Below are positions 8,756-15,458 of a DNA stretch of 34,523 bases, piece after piece; the stretch's first letter is position 1; every line of letters starts with the position of its first letter. The notes under the pieces are model-generated. The model was not told the DNA's origin, did not search any database, and saw only the letters and a program-made list of their open reading frames with translations. Made by a program: the position numbers and the translations under genes. This stretch comes from a virus. Taxonomy: Duplodnaviria; Caudoviricetes. The stretch spans positions 1 to 34,523 of the IMG/VR virus record IMGVR_UViG_3300017940_000127, one strand, 5' to 3'.

Positions 8756-9180
8756 TGCACACCAGCGAGAACGGCATCGCGTTCATCGAGTCGAATGAAG
8801 GGTTCGCCGCCCAGGTCTACAACGACAACGGGAACCCCGCGATTGGATTTGGGCACGATCTCCTGCCGTGGGAATCGTTCCCCAACGGCCTGACGCGGCC
8901 CCAGGCGGAGGCCTTGCTTATCTCCGATCTGCGCACACGCTTCGAGTCTCCGGTGAACGCACTTATCCCGCCGACCTGCACGCAGAACCAGTTCGATGCC
9001 TGCGTAGACTTTTGCTTCAACGAGGGGCCGCGCGCCTTTGCGATTATGATGCACCATGGATGGGATCAGGTTCCCGAGCAGATGCTGGCGTGGGTCTGGG
9101 AGCACGTGAAAGGCGTATTGGTGAAGTCGCCGGGGCTCCAGGCACGCCGCGAGGCCGAAGTTCAGATGTTCAATTCATAG
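8752..9180 (+). CDS. Phage lysozyme/endolysin (GH24)
   Basis: NEG...YND..PAIGFGH, TQNQFDACVDFCFNEG, GLQARREAE motifs. Confidence 0.92.
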   Translation: MMHTSENGIAFIESNEGFAAQVYNDNGNPAIGFGHDLLPWESFPNGLTRPQAEALLISDLRTRFESPVNALIPPTCTQNQFDACVDFCFNEGPRAFAIMMHHGWDQVPEQMLAWVWEHVKGVLVKSPGLQARREAEVQMFNS

Positions 9181-9202
9181 CCGGTTCCGGCGGAAAGGCA
9201 GG

Positions 9203-9264
9203 TCGCGGACAGTCAGAGCAGCAGAGGGGACGGCTCCAAAGGCCGTCCCTTTTGCTGTCCGCGA
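9203..9264 (+). terminator. Long inverted repeat / terminator-like hairpin after the lysozyme gene
   Basis: gaggggacggc-tccaaag-gccgtcccttt core, extended by tcgcggacag/ctgtccgcga. Confidence 0.6.
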
Positions 9265-9271
9265 AACTCCT

Positions 9272-9454
9272 ATGGCAGAGAAAAAGAACTGGGCGGCCGG
9301 CGCATTCAAAAATGCCCACGGCCAATTGCACGAGCAACTCGACGTGGATCCCAAGAAACCCATCCCGAAGCAGAAGCTGATGGCCGCGGCGCGCGGACGG
9401 TACGGCAGCCTAGCGAAGAAGCGGGCGATGCCGGTAGTGAATGTCCAAAAGTAG
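9272..9454 (+). CDS. Small basic phage protein (KNW..GA...G.LH..L.V...K.IP type)
   Basis: Resembles a pattern I recall from uncharacterised small proteins in podovirus-like structural regions. Confidence 0.7.
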   Translation: MAEKKNWAAGAFKNAHGQLHEQLDVDPKKPIPKQKLMAAARGRYGSLAKKRAMPVVNVQK

Positions 9455-9470
9455 AGAGGGAGCTCTTCCC

Positions 9471-12400
9471 ATGAGAAAAGTTCTGATTCTGGCGCTCGCG
9501 TTCCTCGCGGGTGCATCGCTCGCGTGCGCCCAAGCGCTTCCGGTGGGACCAAAGGCGTATCTCGGCTACTGCCTGGCGACTTCTGGCGCCAATGCCGGCC
9601 TCTACATTCCGATCGCCGTCTCTGCGAACAGCTCCGTCGTTCCGAATCCCCCCACCGCCATCACTCTCTACGGATTCGATTCGACGAACTACGATCCAGT
9701 GACCTGCGACTCGAGCGGAAACTTGAACTTTGGATCTTTCCCGAAGTTTGCCGCGGCACCATCTCACTGCTCGGCCGGGCAGGTCTACTTCAACACGGTC
9801 AGCACAACGCCCTATTATTGTTCTGCGACGGACACATGGACGGCGTTCGGCAGCGGCAGCTCGATGACCTGGCCTACTACTCCTGGCTACGCGCTCTGGT
9901 CGAGCGGTACTTCGTGGGCGACGCCGCACCTGTTCGATGCTACCGGATTGGTCTATACCACCGAGCCGTTTTATACGTCTTACATCGGCACGGCCTCTCA
10001 GTCCTCGCTTTACGCAACAGGGGCACCTTACACGGGCGGCACGGCCACAACCAATTTCCCGCTTGCCTATCTCAACGGCGGGGGCGCTGTTTCGTCGTTC
10101 TCCACCTCGGGTACGGAGTTTGGCATCAACGCTCCGAGCGGCTTCACCGGGAACTTCCTCGACTTCCACGTAAATGGCGGAGCCTCGGTCGGAAAGGTTG
10201 ACTACACCGGGAAATTCACCTTTGCTACCGCTCCGGTTTTCACTGGGTTGACGGGGTATCTCTACGCAAACGGAGCCTCACAGGCCAGCGCAGCAACGAC
10301 GATTCCACTCGGCAGCATCGTGAGCACGGCGGGAACGCTTGCACCCCTGGTTCTGGCAAACGCCACGAGCGGCCTATTGTCGCTTCAACCAGCTGACGGA
10401 GCAATCACATCCTACACAATCGAGCTTCCGGTTGCGCAGCCGACCTCCAGCAATACTCTTCTTTCCTGCACGGCAGCCAATCCGGCGGTCTGTACATGGA
10501 CCGGAAACGCGCCCACGGCCTCCAGCGCAACCAAGAGCACAAACATTGCAGGCGGCGCTGCGGGATCAATTCCGGTGCAGAGCGCAGCGGACACTACGAC
10601 GTTTGCCACAGGGAACTCTACCGGATCAACGGACGCCGTTCTGACCAGTACCTCATCGGGCGGGGCTTACAGTGCGACAGCGTTCAAGAACGCGCCGGCG
10701 GTGAGTCTCGCCAACGTCACCGCAGCCGCGATCCCGGTGAACGTGAGCACGCCGGGCTTGACGCTAAGCGCCGTAACCGACGCAGCGGCCCCCACAGGCG
10801 CAGCAACAAACTCAGGCCAGTCCGTGCCCGCGAGCACAACGAATCAAGCCGTGCTGACCTGCATCGATTCGAGTGGCGTAAACACCACAAATGCACTGAA
10901 TGCCTCAGCCAACGTGACGACCACGGGCGGTTCCAGCTTCATCGTGTGGACCTATGGCACTGTGCCTACAGGATGCACGACGCCGTATCTCTGGCTGAAG
11001 AACACAGGCTCGTTTGCGTATTATCACGCGGTATCTCCGTCACAGACGACCTGGGAGCAGGACGCGGCGTACACGACCTACACCCCTGCGGCAAGCTATC
11101 CCGTTGCAGGAGTGCTGCCCGCCGCGAACACCACGGGCTTGCCGATCCTGCAAGCGATCAAGAGCGCTAACGCTCTCGCCACAGGCTCAGACGGCCATGT
11201 AACAGCGCAGTCCGCAGCGCAAGCCGCAGCGCAGATTGCGGGGCAGGATATTGAGCCAAATCTTGTCAGTTCCGCCATGTCTCCTATAAACGTAACAAAT
11301 CCTGGTTACGGCGCGAAGGGCGATGAGCGGATGGTGTCGGATGCCTCAATCAACGCCGGATCGTACACTCTCCATTCTGCAACTGCAGCCTTCACTTCTT
11401 CGGATAATGCCCGCACCTTTACGGTGGAAATGGGTTCGCGGATCATGGCGAACGGAACTTATCAGTCAGGCGGAACGATTAGTGGACCAACTGGAGGGTT
11501 TTGTTCACTGAGCGCTTTCAACGGTGCATCTGGGGTCACAGGAAATGTATGGCTGACAAGCACCGATACTATCGCTGCCGGAAGCGATCTGATCTTCACT
11601 AACGTGGGGTCCGGTATTGCGACTGCTCCAACCTCCGCCACACTTGGCAACGGTATCGCGGCTACTGGAACAGTTAATACCGTAGGTGCTGAAGTGTCTT
11701 GGATTAGTGGCGGGATGTTCTCTCCAAATTGGGTAGGTTACAGCATGACGATTGGCGCAACCACCTACACAATTCAGGGCGTGGAAGGCGGAAATCATCT
11801 TACACTAGCGACATCTGCGGGAAGTCAGACGGGAGCTTCTTTCACAATCACCGGGGCGACGTGCAGCGGAACTGCCACGATTTCGACGAACCTTTTTGCA
11901 AAACCCGTGACAACGACTGGGACCATCGTCAACTCCACAACGGTAACGCTCGGCACGGCGGCGACGAATAACGTGAGCGGCGCAAATGCGTGGATCGGTA
12001 CAGATGATACAGCGGCTTTCCTAGCGGCAATCAGCGTTGCTGCGCTCAAAGGTGGCACCGTGTACGCCCCAGAAGCTCAAGGGTGTCCAACTGGATATAC
12101 GGGCGTGTGCCAGTATCTGATTCTTGGACAATTAACCTTTCCGGTTTCTACCTATAGCCCCTGCACTTTTGATGGTGGAGCCTGTTTGAATCAGCAGGCT
12201 CCTGTCTATATTGCTGGCGATGGTCCTAGTTTCTTGTATCCAGGCGCTAACCAAGTCCCACCCGCAACGCCTTTTGGTGGCACGATCTTGGATATGCGGA
12301 GCACGACCAGTCCGGCAAAGATTGTAGACTTAGCCCAAGGATATTTAGACATCTCTGCCATCACGTTAACAGACAACGGATGGGACACGAACCCCTACGT

Positions 12401-13883
12401 ATTGACCACAAACACGGTGCTCCACGCCCACGATATGTATGTAGATGACAATGCAATTTTGAATGGGTGGCACGCGGGGACGTGGCTAAAAGATGCCTTT
12501 GTCATCGGCGGGCAGGACGCCGTACCAAGTAATTTGACTACTGCACCGTTCTTTGGCTACGGCTCTAGTATCGAGCGCGTGGGGTTTGGCCGCATCCAGC
12601 GTGGTGTACTGACGGGGGCGTGGGCATCGTCTATCGCCATATCCGACAATGTGTTCTACGCGACAGGAGGATCGGACAGTACCGCTGCGGCTATTGAATT
12701 AAATGCCGGCACAAATGCGCCGCTGGGCGGAACGTTACACAACCACATCAACGATAATCTAATTGAAATGTTAGGAAGGGCGTATGGCATCAAATTCACT
12801 GTATCTTCAGATAGTACCATTGCAGGAAATTACTACGGGGATGCCTCGAATTATAGGACCATAGCCTTTGATCGCTTTGAGGTAAATTCAACAGGGAACA
12901 TTGTCTCGGATGAAGACAGCCATACTTATAGTTATGGCTATCCAGGAGCTCAGTGCGCCTGGGTGTCATCAGCAACGAACGACAACTTTGTGCAGTTTAC
13001 GAGTGTGCCGCCGCTTTCTCCGAGCGGATTGCGCACATTCTGTAATCCCTGGTTTGGCGGTATCGCTGCAGCCATTCCCCTAGTCTTAGGGCCATTTGCT
13101 ATCGAGAGCGCGCCTGGAGCTAACTGGCCCGCTTACGAAATATTTGATACGAATGCAAATGCGAATACGCGCAACTGGGCTTTGGTATCAACCTACGAAG
13201 CCTACGGAACATTGTGCGTCAATCACAGCAATCTAATTGGCGGTGATCCTCTTGCGGCGGGCACACCCAGTATATGCTTCGGCCCAACCGGAGGCGTCAA
13301 TATCGGAGACGTAAGTGATCCCGGTGCGGGTAACCTAACCGTGGGGGGAGCGATCAAGTGGGGTTCCATGACGGCCTCTCCGGTGACTGCTACGTCGCTT
13401 TCAGCGACATTCCCCTTCACGCTAAATGGGTCGGCGAGTGGACTCAATACTTATATCCAGCTTCTGAATAACAGTTCGCCCATTGCCATCTTAGGCAGCG
13501 GCAGTTTCCTTTATGGTGGCGATCCGGCGGCAAATGTTGGGTTATGGGTGTACGGGACGAATCAGTTCGACCTTTCTACAAACGGGGTCAAGCGATTCTC
13601 CGTGGCGGGCTATGGGGGCGTAGGAATTGGTATAACCCCATCTTCCCCGTTATTGTTTGAGGTTAACGGCACTTCGGAGTTTGTTGGCGAAGCGAGCTTT
13701 GAAGGAACCTCATCTAGTATCAGCGCCGCTGGTACGATTCAAGCGGATGGTGGGGCCACTGTAATGGATCATTGCGTAGGTGGAACTATGGATGGTGCAT
13801 ATATCGCGGCATCCAGTACCCAGGCGACCGCCTGCACAGTGGGCGGCGGTACGCTAATTGTCTCGGGATTTCTTGGAAATTGA
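9471..13883 (+). CDS. Large tail fibre/tailspike-like protein with Sec signal peptide
   Basis: ATG 9471 after GAGGGAG; MRKVLILALAFLAGASLACA|Q; YGAKGD...GTDDTAAFLAAI..GGTVY beta-helix entry; fibre-type motifs GGVNIG and STNGVKRFSV..GGVGIGITP. Confidence 0.75.
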   Translation: MRKVLILALAFLAGASLACAQALPVGPKAYLGYCLATSGANAGLYIPIAVSANSSVVPNPPTAITLYGFDSTNYDPVTCDSSGNLNFGSFPKFAAAPSHCSAGQVYFNTVSTTPYYCSATDTWTAFGSGSSMTWPTTPGYALWSSGTSWATPHLFDATGLVYTTEPFYTSYIGTASQSSLYATGAPYTGGTATTNFPLAYLNGGGAVSSFSTSGTEFGINAPSGFTGNFLDFHVNGGASVGKVDYTGKFTFATAPVFTGLTGYLYANGASQASAATTIPLGSIVSTAGTLAPLVLANATSGLLSLQPADGAITSYTIELPVAQPTSSNTLLSCTAANPAVCTWTGNAPTASSATKSTNIAGGAAGSIPVQSAADTTTFATGNSTGSTDAVLTSTSSGGAYSATAFKNAPAVSLANVTAAAIPVNVSTPGLTLSAVTDAAAPTGAATNSGQSVPASTTNQAVLTCIDSSGVNTTNALNASANVTTTGGSSFIVWTYGTVPTGCTTPYLWLKNTGSFAYYHAVSPSQTTWEQDAAYTTYTPAASYPVAGVLPAANTTGLPILQAIKSANALATGSDGHVTAQSAAQAAAQIAGQDIEPNLVSSAMSPINVTNPGYGAKGDERMVSDASINAGSYTLHSATAAFTSSDNARTFTVEMGSRIMANGTYQSGGTISGPTGGFCSLSAFNGASGVTGNVWLTSTDTIAAGSDLIFTNVGSGIATAPTSATLGNGIAATGTVNTVGAEVSWISGGMFSPNWVGYSMTIGATTYTIQGVEGGNHLTLATSAGSQTGASFTITGATCSGTATISTNLFAKPVTTTGTIVNSTTVTLGTAATNNVSGANAWIGTDDTAAFLAAISVAALKGGTVYAPEAQGCPTGYTGVCQYLILGQLTFPVSTYSPCTFDGGACLNQQAPVYIAGDGPSFLYPGANQVPPATPFGGTILDMRSTTSPAKIVDLAQGYLDISAITLTDNGWDTNPYVLTTNTVLHAHDMYVDDNAILNGWHAGTWLKDAFVIGGQDAVPSNLTTAPFFGYGSSIERVGFGRIQRGVLTGAWASSIAISDNVFYATGGSDSTAAAIELNAGTNAPLGGTLHNHINDNLIEMLGRAYGIKFTVSSDSTIAGNYYGDASNYRTIAFDRFEVNSTGNIVSDEDSHTYSYGYPGAQCAWVSSATNDNFVQFTSVPPLSPSGLRTFCNPWFGGIAAAIPLVLGPFAIESAPGANWPAYEIFDTNANANTRNWALVSTYEAYGTLCVNHSNLIGGDPLAAGTPSICFGPTGGVNIGDVSDPGAGNLTVGGAIKWGSMTASPVTATSLSATFPFTLNGSASGLNTYIQLLNNSSPIAILGSGSFLYGGDPAANVGLWVYGTNQFDLSTNGVKRFSVAGYGGVGIGITPSSPLLFEVNGTSEFVGEASFEGTSSSISAAGTIQADGGATVMDHCVGGTMDGAYIAASSTQATACTVGGGTLIVSGFLGN

Positions 13884-13891
13884 GAGGGATT

Positions 13892-14161
13892 ATGTCTAAG
13901 AGAATCGCACTCATTTGCTTGCTGGCACTTCCATTGTGTGCGCAGGATAAACCTGCCCCACAGTCTCCAACGATACCGGCTCCTGTCTCGCAGCCCGCGT
14001 CGAAGCCGGATCAAATCTCTGTGTTGAAGCTGGAAATTCGCCTTGTAAAGCAGCAGGCCAAATTGCAGACAAAGGCGCAAGTTGACCAACTGAAACTACA
14101 AATCTTCCAGCGGGAAGTGGACGTTAAACTCGCAGCGGCCCGAGCGAAGGCTGCAAAATGA
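13892..14161 (+). CDS. Secreted coiled-coil protein, possible fibre chaperone
   Basis: SD GAGGG; MSKRIALICLLALPLCA|Q, Pro linker, K/Q/L coiled coil; directly after the fibre gene. Confidence 0.65.
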   Translation: MSKRIALICLLALPLCAQDKPAPQSPTIPAPVSQPASKPDQISVLKLEIRLVKQQAKLQTKAQVDQLKLQIFQREVDVKLAAARAKAAK

Positions 14162-14571
14162 AACGCATTCTTACCCTTGCCGTGCTTGCCCTTGCCCTTC
14201 CCGCCAGTGTCCGCCCGCTGGAGCCATCGCAGCCGCGCCTGATGCTCATCAAGCATGTGCCGATACGGACAATGCGTCTTCAGGCGCAGCATGCCGTGCT
14301 GGCATCCTGGTACGGCCAGCACTACGCCGGACGCGCTACGGCAAGCGGCGAGCCATTCAACCCGCACGCCATGACCGCCGCACACCGGACGCTGAAGCTC
14401 GGCACGCGCATCCGGGTGACCAATCCGCGCACGGGCGCAAGCGTGGTGCTGGTGGTCAACGACCGCGGGCCATTCGTGGGCACGCGGGAACTGGACGTGA
14501 GTGAGGCGGCGGCGGAAGTGCTTGGGATACGCGGGCGCGGAGTGGCACGACTGCTCGTTGAAGCGCTGTGA
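14158..14571 (+). CDS. rlpA: RlpA-like lytic transglycosylase (double-psi beta-barrel)
   Basis: ASWYG..GRATASGE.F..AMTAAHRTL.LGT..RVTN..NDRGPF..LDVSEAAA; N-terminal signal sequence. Confidence 0.9.
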   Translation: MKRILTLAVLALALPASVRPLEPSQPRLMLIKHVPIRTMRLQAQHAVLASWYGQHYAGRATASGEPFNPHAMTAAHRTLKLGTRIRVTNPRTGASVVLVVNDRGPFVGTRELDVSEAAAEVLGIRGRGVARLLVEAL

Positions 14572-14607
14572 GAGAAACGACCAAATTAACTGACTGAGAG
14601 GAAGATC

Positions 14608-15009
14608 ATGGCAAAGGCGGGCGGACCTAACACCACAATCCGGCTGATCGACATTGGCGCGAACGGAGCTGGGACGAAAGTCTACGCGACTGGCCCCACG
14701 CGTGGCTGGAGAGTTTTCGAGAGTGTCATCACTGCGGGAGGGGCGAACAACGCGCCTCAGGGTTTCCAGATCAAGATTCCGAATGACAACTCAGCGTCTG
14801 GATTCACGACTTGGTTTGCGCGCGCCGCCGACGTTCCGTTCGACCAGCGCAACTTCATCTCCGAGCACGCGGCGTATGGTGAAGTCTTTGCCGGCCCAGG
14901 GAATGCCACCCCAGGTCTCGGCATCGGCGCCACTGCGGCTACTCTCCTCTGCATAATTCAGTCGGCCACAGCGACAGCAACGACAATCGAGATTGTCGAA
15001 GAGTTCTAA
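14608..15009 (+). CDS. Hypothetical, probable small virion beta-sandwich protein
   Basis: SD GAGGA; Ala/Gly/Thr-rich; coupled to the next gene. Confidence 0.6.
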   Translation: MAKAGGPNTTIRLIDIGANGAGTKVYATGPTRGWRVFESVITAGGANNAPQGFQIKIPNDNSASGFTTWFARAADVPFDQRNFISEHAAYGEVFAGPGNATPGLGIGATAATLLCIIQSATATATTIEIVEEF

Positions 15010-15209
15010 TGGCAGAGCCAATTCCAGTCAACAGCTCGTGGGTCCAGAGCATCGATTACTCCGGCGGTCTGCTCACTGTGACCACCAAGAAGGGGAAGCG
15101 TATCGTCTTTCTCGGCGTGCCGCCTGGAATATGGGAACAACTCCAGGGCGCGCCGAGTAAAGGCGAATTCATCAACAGGCATATCAGAGGCAAATTCAAG
15201 GAACTGTGA
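15009..15209 (+). CDS. KTSC-domain protein
   Basis: VNSSWVQSIDY...L.V.....GVP...W..L..APSKGEFINRHIRG. Confidence 0.9.
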   Translation: MAEPIPVNSSWVQSIDYSGGLLTVTTKKGKRIVFLGVPPGIWEQLQGAPSKGEFINRHIRGKFKEL

Positions 15210-15454
15210 TGCTCGACTTCATGTTTGTCAGCAAGCGCGAGTACACCGCGATGGAGAAGCAGATCGCGGACCTCAAAGAAGCGAACGCGAAGTTGTGGGA
15301 ACTCGTCGGCGCGAAACAGGGAGTGCCGGAAAGTACTGAGCCCGGAGAAGAGCCGGCACCGCCGCGCCCGCACCGCATACTCGGCGCGGAGATGCGCGCA
15401 CGCTGGCGCAGAGAAGCCGATGAACGCGCACGGCAACAAGGGGTGACCAAGTAA
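15206..15454 (+). CDS. Small coiled-coil hypothetical protein
   Basis: GTGA overlap; immediately upstream of the portal. Confidence 0.6.
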   Translation: MMLDFMFVSKREYTAMEKQIADLKEANAKLWELVGAKQGVPESTEPGEEPAPPRPHRILGAEMRARWRREADERARQQGVTK

Positions 15455-15458
15455 AGCG

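Noticed and set aside
1584-13883. Diversity-generating retroelement acting on the fibres
   Set aside because: No reverse transcriptase and no ~100-nt template/variable repeat pair noticed by eye; a self dot-plot would be decisive
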